Positions 16,162 to 26,327 of a stretch of DNA of 64,000 bases are shown one piece after another. This DNA is from a virus: the IMG/VR virus record IMGVR_UViG_3300045988_132725; one strand, given 5' to 3'. Position numbers and translations under genes: made by a program. The first letter of the stretch is position 1, and the number at the start of each line of letters is the position of its first letter. The notes under the pieces were generated by a model. It saw only the letters and a list, made by a program, of their open reading frames with translations, was not told where the DNA came from and ran no database searches.

Positions 16162-16407
16162 TTATGGTAAAACCTCTTCTAGATTAAACTTCCAAAATAC
16201 TGATCTGACCTTGTGTGCAGGAGATACATATGACGTATTGTTTGTTAGGTTATAGATAGTTATCTGGCTGGTTTTTTCGATCACTCCCATTTCTAACTCA
16301 AATCGAACTTTTGTTCCAACTTTTAGATTTCTATAAAACTTGGAAGAGGAACTGCATTTAATGTCTTTAATTCTATAAACCCCACTTGTTAATTTAATTG
16401 GTTTCAT
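16162..16407 (-). CDS. Hypothetical 81-aa protein inside the dnaE-splitting cassette
   Basis: ORF overlapping the helicase 3' end by 14 nt. Confidence 0.45.
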   Translation of the reverse strand: MKPIKLTSGVYRIKDIKCSSSSKFYRNLKVGTKVRFELEMGVIEKTSQITIYNLTNNTSYVSPAHKVRSVFWKFNLEEVLP

Positions 16408-17755
16408 TCTTTTCTGTTTTTGTTTGTTGTTCGTTTCTTTTTGTTCTCATGAATTTGACGATCTTCCTGTCACATCTGATCTGATCTTGACTGAACATGG
16501 AGATAAGGTGCATATTCTCAAGAGATCGACATCTGGATAAGGCCACATAAATCTGTCCGTCAGCGAATGATCTTCCAGCGTCAACGATCACCTTGTCAAA
16601 TGTCAATCCTTGTGACTTGTGGATCGTGATACCCCAAGCTAACCGTAATGGGATCTGGGTACATTTGCCTATGGACTCACGCTTGATCTTGCCTGAATCT
16701 GCGTCATGGGTAAATTTATTATTGTCCCATGTGTGTGGTTTAACCTCTATGCTGTGTCCATCCTCCAGTTTTACCACTATATCAAACTCCTTGGTGTCTG
16801 GATTGGGTTTTAGATATTCTATCGTACCAATCGTACCATTGCAATATCTACCTTCTGGATCATTAACTAAGAACATCACTTGTGCTCCTTCCTTCAATCT
16901 TAGGATCATATCGCAAGGGATGGAATTTTTTCCAAACTCTCCTTCTACGTTGCAGTTAAAGACATATTCCTTGGTTTTCAATTTTTCCAGTTCCTTTGAG
17001 TTGATCTTGTCTGCCTTTGAGTTATGCGAGCAAACCGTAATCATGTTCTCTTCCGACTTGAATCGTGGTTGGCATTTCTTCTTGAGGATATCGTAATTAT
17101 CCTTGGAGATAACTCCAGACCTTACCTCGTTCAAAATATTAATGAATACGGGATCTTTTTGCCGGTAGATTTTATCCAGTTCAATCATCTTGAATCCACT
17201 AAGCTTTAACGCCCAAGAATCAAAGAAATAGTATGATTGATATAGATCTTTCAGTATCTCTTCTTCCTCTTTGTTGATAATTGGGCTTAACTGGTAAAGA
17301 TCACCGAACATGACCACTTGCACGCCTCCGAACATCTTATTGTTGCAATGACGATGGACACATAAGATATCATTGATAGCGTCCAACAAATCTGCCCTAA
17401 CCATACTGATCTCATCAATAATCAAGGTATCCATATTTTTCAATACGTCGATCTTGTCTGGTCGTAATGCGTAGCTATCTAACCCCGGATAAACGTTCTT
17501 TCCTACGATATTGGGCCTAAACGGACCAAACGGGATACCGAACTGTGAATGTATGGTCGTTCCTCCCGCATTGATTGCGGCTATACCGGTAGGAGCTACC
17601 ACCGTGATATTCTTGTCACAATTCTCTTGTAAATAATGAAGCAACGTGGTTTTTCCTGTTCCTGCCTTGCCCGTGATAAATACATTCTCATTCGTGTTGC
17701 ATACCAAGTCGTATGCCTCTTTCATTTTCTGGTTATCGTCTAAATTTATATTCAT
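16394..17755 (-). CDS. Pif1/RecD-like SF1B helicase
   Basis: Walker A is GKAGTGKTT and Walker B is LIIDEISMV. Also GDLYQLSPI, TIHKSQGLTFDKVIVD and YVALSRCRSLENMHL. Confidence 0.85.
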   Translation of the reverse strand: MNINLDDNQKMKEAYDLVCNTNENVFITGKAGTGKTTLLHYLQENCDKNITVVAPTGIAAINAGGTTIHSQFGIPFGPFRPNIVGKNVYPGLDSYALRPDKIDVLKNMDTLIIDEISMVRADLLDAINDILCVHRHCNNKMFGGVQVVMFGDLYQLSPIINKEEEEILKDLYQSYYFFDSWALKLSGFKMIELDKIYRQKDPVFINILNEVRSGVISKDNYDILKKKCQPRFKSEENMITVCSHNSKADKINSKELEKLKTKEYVFNCNVEGEFGKNSIPCDMILRLKEGAQVMFLVNDPEGRYCNGTIGTIEYLKPNPDTKEFDIVVKLEDGHSIEVKPHTWDNNKFTHDADSGKIKRESIGKCTQIPLRLAWGITIHKSQGLTFDKVIVDAGRSFADGQIYVALSRCRSLENMHLISMFSQDQIRCDRKIVKFMRTKRNEQQTKTEKNETN

Positions 17756-19437
17756 AACTCGTTAATAGTCCATATTAAATCCCTGTTGTCAAATATTATA
17801 TCATCGTTCGTCATTAGCTCATCGGCGTAGACCTCTATCTCTTCATCTCCTCGCTTGACCAAGAATTTTGCGTCTCGATCAAACGAGTAAGTTTTTCCAT
17901 TCATTGATATTTCTACGTATTCTTTCGACTCTATCTTGCCTTGTATAACGGTCGTGTTGGCCTCGTATAAACCTGAGCGGTCTGGAAGCAAGAATCTCTC
18001 AAAGATCAAGTTATACTTCAATGGGTCAAGCTTGGTGATACCCATTAAATAGAGCAGGAGACACCCGCCTCCGGAACCACGGGAGATACCTGTCATGATC
18101 CCTTGTTCGTTGGCCCAGTTCACCGTATCATATTGTACGAGAAAATAATCGATATTATTGGTTGATTCAATGACATATTTCTCATATTCAACCCTTTTGC
18201 GATATTCCTCTTCCTTCCCTTTAGGAACGAGCTTTTTAAAACCTTCCTCTATGATCTGGTTGAACATGTTGTGCCTGTCTCCATATTTCTCTCGTTCCTC
18301 TGGGGTCATATCATATTGAGGCATAAAGTTTCTGGTGGTCTCGTAAGCCGCTTTCGCTCCTTCGGTTATTTTGATCGTATTGTTACACATCTCAGTGAAT
18401 ATTTCCCATTTATCCCATTCGTCACTGAATAGTTGGTCTATCACCTTATAGTGCTCATCCAGATCTTTGAAATATTGCTCATCACTTTGCATATGAGCGG
18501 CACCATCCGAGATCTTGTTCAATATGATCTTGTTCTTTGCGTCATCCTTGTCCAGATAGTAGTTGTCGCAAATAAGGACAGGAGGAACAAATGTCTCTTT
18601 ATCATAGAAGAACTTTAACGCCTCCAGATATGCCTTATCGAACCTGTCAGCCTTGAATTCGGTAAGGTCAACTTGATAATAGACCTTAGAGACCTTGTTT
18701 AAGGCTTTTATCAAGTTGATATTGTCGAACATCCAGTACACGGCCAATGTCCCCAATACGATCACGTTCCCCTTACAATATCTTTGTAGGTTGGAGAAAG
18801 AAAGGGTCTTGTTCTCGCTATCCACGTTGATCTCTTTCTGGATACGTAGGAGGTTGGACAACCCCTCGTTTGTTTGGCAATATACCTTTATAGGGATGAT
18901 GTCTTCCTTGTATCGCATGTCCAAGGTGTATCCGATCACAAAGCCAAGACCTTCCTTTTGGCATTCCTTCTGGAGTACCAACGTTCCAGCCATCGTATTC
19001 TTATCGCAGATACCGATAGCGTTTTGCCCCAGATACTTGGCTTTCCTAATCCAGTCTGAAATCTGGAAAGAACCATTCAATAGCTCGAATGGCGTGTGGA
19101 TACCTAGGTTGACAAATCCTGTGCTATGTATGGTCGGGAGCCTCTTACCTATGTATTTCAGTATATTCAACCTGAACTCTCCCCTCATGTCAAAGTAGTA
19201 CCAATTATCCCCGAACTGGAAGCATGTATAGAATACTTCTTGCTCTATCAATTCGGTCTTGGTTGACATGATATTAAATATGGTCTCTCCATTATTGTCT
19301 TTTCTGAAAATGGATTCAACCTCAGTTAAATCATTGATAAATAGCTTGCCGAAGCCTTCTATCTCGAAGACCTCATTGTCTATTTCACGGTAAGATATTT
19401 GGTTAGTCGCAAGCCATTCTTGAAGGCTTTCGGTCAT
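17752..19437 (-). CDS. dnaE: DNA polymerase III alpha (DnaE-type) N-terminal half: PHP domain and first palm segment, plus a ~70-aa unrelated tail
   Basis: VNLGIHTPFELLNGS (PHP), GISRGSGGGCLLLYLMGITKLDPLKYNLIFERFLLPDR (palm). It then diverges and stops. The stop overlaps the helicase ATG (ATGA). Confidence 0.85.
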   Translation of the reverse strand: MTESLQEWLATNQISYREIDNEVFEIEGFGKLFINDLTEVESIFRKDNNGETIFNIMSTKTELIEQEVFYTCFQFGDNWYYFDMRGEFRLNILKYIGKRLPTIHSTGFVNLGIHTPFELLNGSFQISDWIRKAKYLGQNAIGICDKNTMAGTLVLQKECQKEGLGFVIGYTLDMRYKEDIIPIKVYCQTNEGLSNLLRIQKEINVDSENKTLSFSNLQRYCKGNVIVLGTLAVYWMFDNINLIKALNKVSKVYYQVDLTEFKADRFDKAYLEALKFFYDKETFVPPVLICDNYYLDKDDAKNKIILNKISDGAAHMQSDEQYFKDLDEHYKVIDQLFSDEWDKWEIFTEMCNNTIKITEGAKAAYETTRNFMPQYDMTPEEREKYGDRHNMFNQIIEEGFKKLVPKGKEEEYRKRVEYEKYVIESTNNIDYFLVQYDTVNWANEQGIMTGISRGSGGGCLLLYLMGITKLDPLKYNLIFERFLLPDRSGLYEANTTVIQGKIESKEYVEISMNGKTYSFDRDAKFLVKRGDEEIEVYADELMTNDDIIFDNRDLIWTINEL

Positions 19438-19649
19438 ATCTTGTAATTATGGAAGAACCTCTTGATCTCCATTATTAAAGCATATGTGTGTTGTATAAAC
19501 CCATAACCCCCTGCTATAATAGGGAACATTATAACCGTTAACCAGAACACTGGATTCCACCACCTAGGAAACCCTAATTTCCAATATTTTAGATCCTTTC
19601 CTTCCCAGTTTGGATCTTGATCCGCATAGATTTTCTTTTCTCTCGACAT
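19434..19649 (-). CDS. Small membrane protein (71 aa)
   Basis: Hydrophobic segment WWNPVFWLTVIMFPIIAGGYGFI. Confidence 0.45.
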   Translation of the reverse strand: MSREKKIYADQDPNWEGKDLKYWKLGFPRWWNPVFWLTVIMFPIIAGGYGFIQHTYALIMEIKRFFHNYKI

Positions 19650-19653
19650 TTTC

Positions 19654-20688
19654 TTAGATTTTATTTAATGAATACTCAATAGGTGTCTTTATCCTGTAAG
19701 CGAACGTATCGTAAATCTGGTCACGACCCATCTCATCGAAATCAAGTGATCCTTCGATGTCCGCAATATAGGTGTCAAAATATGGCTTTAATTGCTGGGC
19801 TGTGTTCTTGTTTGCTTCTACAGCGTCACCATCATAAGCAAGAACAACGGTTCTCACCCTTTTTGTTTGCAACTTGTAGATCTGCACGTTGGAGATTTTC
19901 TTGCCAAAGGTAGCCACTACAGCTATCCGTTGACAGTCGTATAACTCCAGTTTTCTGGTCAATGCGATCACATCAAAGATGCCTTCGACAATAATCACCG
20001 TGTCCGTTTCTCCCTCGATTACAGCGTCAAAGTTATAAAGGAGCTTCACGAAATCATTCTCTGTGGAGTTACGATATCTCATGATCTGATATCCATCGTT
20101 CCTCTTGGCCTTTCGATTGTGTTCATCGATCTCTTGTTTAGGCCATATATGTCTCGCTACCCACCCAACGATATCCCCTGCGTCTATGATGAGGAAAATA
20201 ACATAATTGTCAAGCTTAAAATTGCAGCCTCTCGTGGTTCCTACTGGAAAGTACTCATAATCATCAGCGTTAAATCCACGATTCTTTAAGTAGTTATTCT
20301 TATAACTCCTTTTAAACCCTTTCGGAGGATCAATGATATCGACACTATCATCGACAACATCTCCATTCTCATTCGTTATAAAAGAAAGATTATCCAGTTC
20401 AGCACTAATCGAGCTTGTAGCCTCGAAAACTAAGTCTGTCCTACCTATATGTTCTAACAATGGGGTTAGTTCCCTGTTGGATTTTCCGCAAGAAAAGCAA
20501 TGAGAGGCGAACAATGTTTTCTTTGCGGTTGGTTTCCCTATATAGATAGCAAACTTGTGCTTTTTATGGCAATATGGACAGTATTCTACTATCAGATTCT
20601 TTTCTGCTCCATCCAAGTAGCCATTCAGTTCAATTTTGAGTTCTTGGATCAAAAACTCTACCTCATTCTGGGTATAATTCATTGACAT
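19654..20688 (-). CDS. dnaG: DnaG-like primase (zinc finger + TOPRIM)
   Basis: Zinc finger CPYCHKKHKF...HCFSCGKS. TOPRIM motifs VIIVEGIFDVIAL and LAYDGDAVEA. Confidence 0.8.
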   Translation of the reverse strand: MSMNYTQNEVEFLIQELKIELNGYLDGAEKNLIVEYCPYCHKKHKFAIYIGKPTAKKTLFASHCFSCGKSNRELTPLLEHIGRTDLVFEATSSISAELDNLSFITNENGDVVDDSVDIIDPPKGFKRSYKNNYLKNRGFNADDYEYFPVGTTRGCNFKLDNYVIFLIIDAGDIVGWVARHIWPKQEIDEHNRKAKRNDGYQIMRYRNSTENDFVKLLYNFDAVIEGETDTVIIVEGIFDVIALTRKLELYDCQRIAVVATFGKKISNVQIYKLQTKRVRTVVLAYDGDAVEANKNTAQQLKPYFDTYIADIEGSLDFDEMGRDQIYDTFAYRIKTPIEYSLNKI

Positions 20689-20711
20689 TGCAAAGGTAAT
20701 AATAAGTTTTA

Positions 20712-20747
20712 ATTAAACAATAAAAGCTCATAGAAAAACTATGAGCT
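20712..20747 (-). terminator. Rho-independent terminator after dnaB
   Basis: 9-bp stem AAGCTCATA / TATGAGCTT followed by a T-rich tract on the minus strand. Confidence 0.6.
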
Positions 20748-20757
20748 TCGTTATTTT

Positions 20758-22122
20758 CTATGCCACTTTACTTATATTTAATGTCCTTTGCTTGTCGTAG
20801 AATACCTCATCCTCATACCTAGTGGCTATCTTAATCGTTTTTCCTTTTTTAAAGAACCTTGATTTAGCGATATGAAGGCGAATAATGTTCTCTTTTCTTT
20901 CGTTGTCAGATTGATTTAACGATATTAAATGGGTCATTGGTCTCGCTAATCCTTTTGCCTCTGAGCAGTTGTATTCTGTCAATACGTTTTTCTCGTCATT
21001 TAACCAATCCCTATTCTCTACGGTAGCTTGATAAGTTACGACAATCCATACATCCTCGTCACCGGCTATATCCTTTAAATCGTTAGCTACGGCTATTCGT
21101 TTGTGCCTCTCATGATCGCTGTCCCATTGCTTTCCGGATGCGTCACTTAACAAATCCATGCTATCTATTATTATCACGTCTGGGGGTTTGCCGTATATCT
21201 TCTTGTACTCGTCAATCCCGGATTTTATATCGATGGTCGATACCTTGCTATTGAAGCGTGGGAAAGACTTGACATCGATGTTTCCGGCGTACTCGTTAAT
21301 CTGGGCCATGTATCGATCTATCTCGTTATCTGTCAATTTCCCCTTCTCGTACAGGTATGAACTTTTCTCTATCAACGCTCCACTATATGCGTCAACCACT
21401 TCTTTCTGAGATCCCTCAAGCTGGAAGTGCAATACGTCTAGGCCGTCATCAATAGCAGCGTGAAGACCTATATGACGTGCTATATGGGACTTACCGACAC
21501 CGGTGGGAGCCAAGAAACATGTTAATTGCGTGCGCAAGTTCCTTCCTCCGTTCATCTCGTCCAGATCATCGATATAGAAACGGGATACTATAGGCTTGTT
21601 CTGTCTTTTTGTCTCTTCTACCTCTTTCACGTTATCATCATATCTTTCCTTGAACGTACCTAAGACATCGATAAAACTAGAGGCGTGCAATGAGAACGAG
21701 TTTAACCATTCAGCATACTTCTTGATCTCATCTTGCGCCTTTTCCGCTTGCCCCTTATTGTAATATTGGGGAATCTTTTGATAGACTTGCTTTAGTTTGA
21801 CATCCTTGATGTACTCTTCCAAGGTATCGATTATTATATCGTCAGTCTCATTATAGCTGACCTCATTGATGGTTTGTACCAATTCCACCGAATCCAAGTT
21901 ATCTCTTACCTTTTCCATCAATATACCTACAGATGGAGGACACTTATTGGCCTTGAAATAAACGCCTATTATTTTATTGATGGTTTGAAACTGCTTGTCC
22001 GGAAGGTATTCCGGTCTCATATTCTCAACGATGATACCACATATATTACTACGTTTTAGAGCTGCGTTATATAAGATGTATAGGAATTCCTCGCTAAGTT
22101 GTTTTATTTCTTCTTTTGCCAT
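20758..22122 (-). CDS. dnaB: DnaB-like replicative helicase
   Basis: Walker A is APTGVGKSH and Walker B is VIIIDSMDLL. N-terminal DnaB-like helical domain. Confidence 0.8.
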   Translation of the reverse strand: MAKEEIKQLSEEFLYILYNAALKRSNICGIIVENMRPEYLPDKQFQTINKIIGVYFKANKCPPSVGILMEKVRDNLDSVELVQTINEVSYNETDDIIIDTLEEYIKDVKLKQVYQKIPQYYNKGQAEKAQDEIKKYAEWLNSFSLHASSFIDVLGTFKERYDDNVKEVEETKRQNKPIVSRFYIDDLDEMNGGRNLRTQLTCFLAPTGVGKSHIARHIGLHAAIDDGLDVLHFQLEGSQKEVVDAYSGALIEKSSYLYEKGKLTDNEIDRYMAQINEYAGNIDVKSFPRFNSKVSTIDIKSGIDEYKKIYGKPPDVIIIDSMDLLSDASGKQWDSDHERHKRIAVANDLKDIAGDEDVWIVVTYQATVENRDWLNDEKNVLTEYNCSEAKGLARPMTHLISLNQSDNERKENIIRLHIAKSRFFKKGKTIKIATRYEDEVFYDKQRTLNISKVA

Positions 22123-22700
22123 TTCTCTAATCTGATTCTATATAATTCCGGATAAACATTATTGGTGTATTGCTTGCACTTGTCCGATTGATCGCATTTT
22201 TGACAGGAGGGAGAGAAAGGGGACCATAACAACGTGCTTTTGAAACATAGCGCAATATAGGCCCCTATTCGTTGCGATCTGGCTTTCGTTGTTTCCTCAG
22301 CTTCCATGTAAACGTATTTTGTCAATGGGTGATTAGACGTATCCATGATAAGACTCTCCAGATATGATCTGGATAATCCATGATCCTTTAGCCATCCATC
22401 CTCATAGTACCTTTTGCCATTCTTGAAATCTATGTAACGTTGGATTGCCTTTGGACCGAATGAGAAGCTAGGTCTCCATTGTCTTTTTAGATCCCTCCAA
22501 TAATGAGCGATACATACGCAATAATCCACCACACGGCTGTCACTTACCTCACCGAATCTATCATTGAGTTGTTTCGTGAATGTCTCCATCTCACGGGTTA
22601 CCTTTCCTCCTCCGGGAAAAGAGAACTGGGGATGGAGACATTTTCTTTCTATCTCAACGTAGATCTTGATGAACTTCTTAATCAATCCTTCGTTTTCCAT
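22104..22700 (-). CDS. Hypothetical protein (198 aa) with a C-terminal Cys cluster
   Basis: ORF with Cys cluster SCQKCDQSDKCKQY. No family recognised. Confidence 0.45.
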   Translation of the reverse strand: MENEGLIKKFIKIYVEIERKCLHPQFSFPGGGKVTREMETFTKQLNDRFGEVSDSRVVDYCVCIAHYWRDLKRQWRPSFSFGPKAIQRYIDFKNGKRYYEDGWLKDHGLSRSYLESLIMDTSNHPLTKYVYMEAEETTKARSQRIGAYIALCFKSTLLWSPFSPSCQKCDQSDKCKQYTNNVYPELYRIRLEKWQKKK

Positions 22701-23295
22701 CTCTGGTCAATAAGGCTTGTAATTGCATTCTGGCAAGGAATAGGCGACTTTTAACTGTATCGATACTTTTTGATGCGAGATTACCATTTTGATATGAGAT
22801 CTCGACTATCTCGTGCAATTTGTAACCTGCTTGCTGAAGAATGAACGCCTCACGATATATCGGCTTTAATGTCTCCAAGGCACTCAATATATCATCATCG
22901 TAAAGATCTCTCCAATTATCCACGCCTAATATATTCTCGCTAACCTCCAGAGGATCATAGGAGAATTCAGGAGAGTTATCTATCTTGACATCATCCGTAG
23001 ACTTGGTCTCCTTGGTTCTTCTCATCTCAAGGTTATGTACGAACCTCTTACAAACAATATGAAGCCACGTGGCCAAAGGTCTAGTTGGATCATAGGTGTC
23101 GATGTAATTATAATAGTTGACCAAAGCCTCTACGTAATTATCATCAATATAACTTTTATCCATCGAGTACTGGATGACACATTTATAAACCAAGTTGAGG
23201 TTGGGAGTGACATACTTGTTGAATAAATCATGTCTTTCTCTTACCTCTTCGCTTGTCAACTTGTCTAATGGCTTTCGCTCATTTTGTGTTTCCAT
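22678..23295 (-). CDS. ECF-type sigma-70 family sigma factor
   Basis: Region 2-like is TWLHIVCKRFVHNLEMRR. Region 4 HTH is YREAFILQQAGYKLHEIVEIS...IDTVKSRLFLARMQLQ. Confidence 0.75.
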   Translation of the reverse strand: METQNERKPLDKLTSEEVRERHDLFNKYVTPNLNLVYKCVIQYSMDKSYIDDNYVEALVNYYNYIDTYDPTRPLATWLHIVCKRFVHNLEMRRTKETKSTDDVKIDNSPEFSYDPLEVSENILGVDNWRDLYDDDILSALETLKPIYREAFILQQAGYKLHEIVEISYQNGNLASKSIDTVKSRLFLARMQLQALLTRDGKRRID

Positions 23296-23519
23296 GCTTC
23301 CGACACTTGACGTTTAAACTCATCCATCATCATCTCCGACAACCCCTTGGTCACACAGTACTTCTTCCATCTCTTATGGCAATGCGTGAAAGTTTGTCTT
23401 ACCTCTTCGTCAGATGGTCTTGGTGACTTTTCAAGAAATTGATAGAAATCTGACAGCAATACCCCTAGAACATTCATATGAAGATTTAACTTTCTTCTCT
23501 TTCTTCTAATCTCGCTCAT
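23265..23519 (-). CDS. Hypothetical 84-aa basic protein
   Basis: ORF in operon context. Confidence 0.4.
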   Translation of the reverse strand: MSEIRRKRRKLNLHMNVLGVLLSDFYQFLEKSPRPSDEEVRQTFTHCHKRWKKYCVTKGLSEMMMDEFKRQVSEAWKHKMSESH

Positions 23520-23998
23520 AATCTATATCTTTTACATATTAAATGGAAAATGTGACAAGCGTCTGCCTCGTTATCGTCTACGGGAGTCTGTCCATATTTG
23601 TCTTTCATGGCTAGGATCATCTCCTCCTTGCTAGCGTTTCCGTTATTGGTAGCGAACTTCTTGATGGCTGATACATTGGCGAAGATTGGCTCTGGGAGAC
23701 CAAGAGTATCGCATATCTCCATCAAGATACCCCTAAACTCACTTAGTTTTCTCATACCGGAGAATCGACCACCTACGTTTACATCCTCTGCGGCTATGAG
23801 CCTAATGTTGTTTTTTTGGATAAAATTTAATAATGTGGTTCTGAAATCAAGGTGTTGTTTCCAATCGTTAGATTTCTTTTCAGTGAAATCCCACGTGCCC
23901 GATCCGTGGGTTGAGTAGTATCCCGTATGCGTGGCTATATCAAGCGCCAATATATCTTCTTTCTTTAAATCTACGGGAACTTTGATATGATTATCCAA
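23516..23998 (-). CDS. ruvC: RuvC-like Holliday junction resolvase
   Basis: Acidic residues at the expected strand ends: ILALDIATHTGY, RLIAAEDVNVG and DDNEADACHIF. Confidence 0.7.
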   Translation of the reverse strand: MDNHIKVPVDLKKEDILALDIATHTGYYSTHGSGTWDFTEKKSNDWKQHLDFRTTLLNFIQKNNIRLIAAEDVNVGGRFSGMRKLSEFRGILMEICDTLGLPEPIFANVSAIKKFATNNGNASKEEMILAMKDKYGQTPVDDNEADACHIFHLICKRYRL

Positions 23999-26324
23999 TA
24001 GTTGATATTCCGTTTTGTTTGGTTATTACTAATTTATATGGGTATGACTCCGCTGTCTTGCCATGAGACACAACCAGAGAAGTGATCTTGAGTTTATTTA
24101 ATGACTCAAGAATGAATGTCAATCCTTCCTCGTCAACAGCTGCAAGTATCTCATCAAGCACCAGAATATCCAATCCTTTGTTCAAGTCTGCGTTATTGTT
24201 TGTAAGGGTATTCATTGCTAGGATCGTGGCTAGTTGTATCCTAGCTTTCTCGCCTTCAGAGAATTTAGAGAAACTACCAGCGTCAATACCATCTCGTAAC
24301 AGGGATACCGAGATCTTGTCACGTATCTTTCCGGACTTTAGCATGGTGTAACCGTCAAACCTAACTCTCAAGTCGCTACCTATTTGCTCTAGGAAGCCAT
24401 TGGTTATCTCATTTAAAGCCTCGACTTTACTGTTAGCCAAATAGGTCTTGAATGCTATGAATCTAGCTTCTTGGGTGTTTAAGGTCTTAATCCGATCTTC
24501 CAGCTCGTTATGTTTCTTGTAAATCAAGGCTCTCTTCTTCTTGTACTCTTTCAATGAGGTTTGAAGTGACACGATAACAGACTCATCTGTCTCGCTCTCC
24601 AGCTTGCTTATCAATTCCTCATTAACCTTGATGGCACCTTCTAGCGATGATATGGATTCGGAGGCGACTTTGATGGCGCTGGACAATCTCTTGAAAGAGA
24701 TCTCTACCTTGTCGAATAAATCATTGAACAAGTCATTGACAATATGATTGATCCTTTCCTCTAAATCTCTGATCAGTCGTTTCGCCTTGTTTATGTTACT
24801 GTTGATGACCTGTATCTCGTTCACTTTTGAGAACACGACCATGTTAGCGTCCTTGATCTCTCTTTCCATATCATTCAAAAGACCTTTTTGCTTAAGCTTG
24901 AGCTTGTTCATCTCATCAATCTTTTCCTCGATGCGATCTAATTCCTTCTCGTTCAGACTTATCTTATCCTTGCAGGACTGGGTTGATTTCTTGTATTGTT
25001 GGATATCCTCCTTTGCTTTTTCGATGTCAAAATCCTTATCACCCAAGATAAAATGCTTGCCACAATGGGGACATTCTATAGCCCCGCTGATCTTCGCTTC
25101 CAGATCTGCAATGGTGGAGGCATTTGAGCGGACCGTGTTGCGCATAACTAGTATTTGATCCCCAAATTCCTTTCGTTCGCTTTCGCACTTACCTATGCGT
25201 GATTCAATTTCCTTACAGAATTTATCATATTCGGACTGTCCGTTACGATAATTTTCCAAGCATTTATTCTCAATTTCCTTGGCCGTATTAAGCTCGGTCT
25301 CCCTTTCATTCAAGTCTGCGGATAGCCTGTCCAATAGATCCTTCTGTTGATTGATGCGGGTCATTAAATCCTCCCTTGATTTGGAGATGTCGCTAATGTC
25401 ATATTGGATGACCCCTAGATTTAGAAACCTATTGTTGATCTCGTCCAAGATTTGATCGATGGATTTATTGTCACTCTCTTGATCGATCTCATTCAAGACT
25501 TCGTTCGCTTGCTTCATTTTATCCAATCGCTCCTCATTTTGCTCCTTTTCGATCTTTGATTCATCGATGGAACGTAGATACTTGGATATTTGCTCTCGTG
25601 TGTTCTTTATGCGTTGGATCTTTGATAATCTTCTGGTTTCCGAGTTATCCATCTCAGTCTCGATCTGTTCCTCAATAGCCGAGATACGACCGTCATTGTT
25701 GGATAACTCAAGCTTGGACTTATTGAGTTCATCCTCTAATGGTCTCTTGTCATTCTGTACGGCTGCGATGGATTGATCCACCAGATTTCCGTTAGAGAAT
25801 CTATTGATGATCTCCTTCTTGTCTTTGTCTGAAGCAGAGAGGAAATCTTGGTATTTATGCTTGGATAGGACATAGCTATTATAAATATCCTCTTTCGTCA
25901 GTCCTAGCAACTCAAGGATATACTTATTATACTCATCAACACCAGATTTGAAGGTCGATCCATCATCAATAATCTCTCCATTTCGATACATGGTAATAAC
26001 TATCTCCGGAGATCCTTTTTTGTAGATGGTGCGATCGATCTCTAGCTCTGTGTTATCACTGGTATTATCCAGACATATTTTGATGTATGCACTTTTTTCC
26101 TCATTATTTATAAGCTCATCATTCTTGACTTGACGTAATGGAGATCCTGTCAGTCCAAAAACAATAGCTTCCGTCAAGGCAGATTTCCCAGAGCCATTAT
26201 TCTTTTGCCCCTCGTTGTCTAAATTGTGACCGAAAACCAAAGTGGTCACTCCCTGATTGAACGAGTATTCGACATCCTTCAGGGTACAGATGTTTTTTAT
26301 TTGAATTTTATTTATTCTCCACAT
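23991..26324 (-). CDS. sbcC: SbcC/Rad50-like ATPase
   Basis: Walker A is NNGSGKSALTEAI, followed by a long coiled coil with a CPHCGKHF hook. The signature is FSEGEKARIQLA and Walker B is ILVLDEILAAVDEEG. Confidence 0.85.
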   Translation of the reverse strand: MWRINKIQIKNICTLKDVEYSFNQGVTTLVFGHNLDNEGQKNNGSGKSALTEAIVFGLTGSPLRQVKNDELINNEEKSAYIKICLDNTSDNTELEIDRTIYKKGSPEIVITMYRNGEIIDDGSTFKSGVDEYNKYILELLGLTKEDIYNSYVLSKHKYQDFLSASDKDKKEIINRFSNGNLVDQSIAAVQNDKRPLEDELNKSKLELSNNDGRISAIEEQIETEMDNSETRRLSKIQRIKNTREQISKYLRSIDESKIEKEQNEERLDKMKQANEVLNEIDQESDNKSIDQILDEINNRFLNLGVIQYDISDISKSREDLMTRINQQKDLLDRLSADLNERETELNTAKEIENKCLENYRNGQSEYDKFCKEIESRIGKCESERKEFGDQILVMRNTVRSNASTIADLEAKISGAIECPHCGKHFILGDKDFDIEKAKEDIQQYKKSTQSCKDKISLNEKELDRIEEKIDEMNKLKLKQKGLLNDMEREIKDANMVVFSKVNEIQVINSNINKAKRLIRDLEERINHIVNDLFNDLFDKVEISFKRLSSAIKVASESISSLEGAIKVNEELISKLESETDESVIVSLQTSLKEYKKKRALIYKKHNELEDRIKTLNTQEARFIAFKTYLANSKVEALNEITNGFLEQIGSDLRVRFDGYTMLKSGKIRDKISVSLLRDGIDAGSFSKFSEGEKARIQLATILAMNTLTNNNADLNKGLDILVLDEILAAVDEEGLTFILESLNKLKITSLVVSHGKTAESYPYKLVITKQNGISTIG

Positions 26325-26327
26325 GAT

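Noticed and set aside
16031-17755. Self-splicing group I or II intron interrupting dnaE
   Set aside because: The insert encodes a 453-aa Pif1-type helicase translationally coupled to DnaE-N (ATGA overlap), not a homing endonuclease or reverse transcriptase. I see no GUGYG/domain V or group I core elements. Only RT-PCR could exclude it fully.
16031-17965. Split intein (protein trans-splicing) joining the two DnaE halves
   Set aside because: The tail of DnaE-N has no block B TxxH and no convincing Cys/Ser start. The 18 in-frame codons upstream of the DnaE-C GTG (HWQRLSARGVRFTPRCLT) lack a terminal His-Asn and are far too short for a C-intein.
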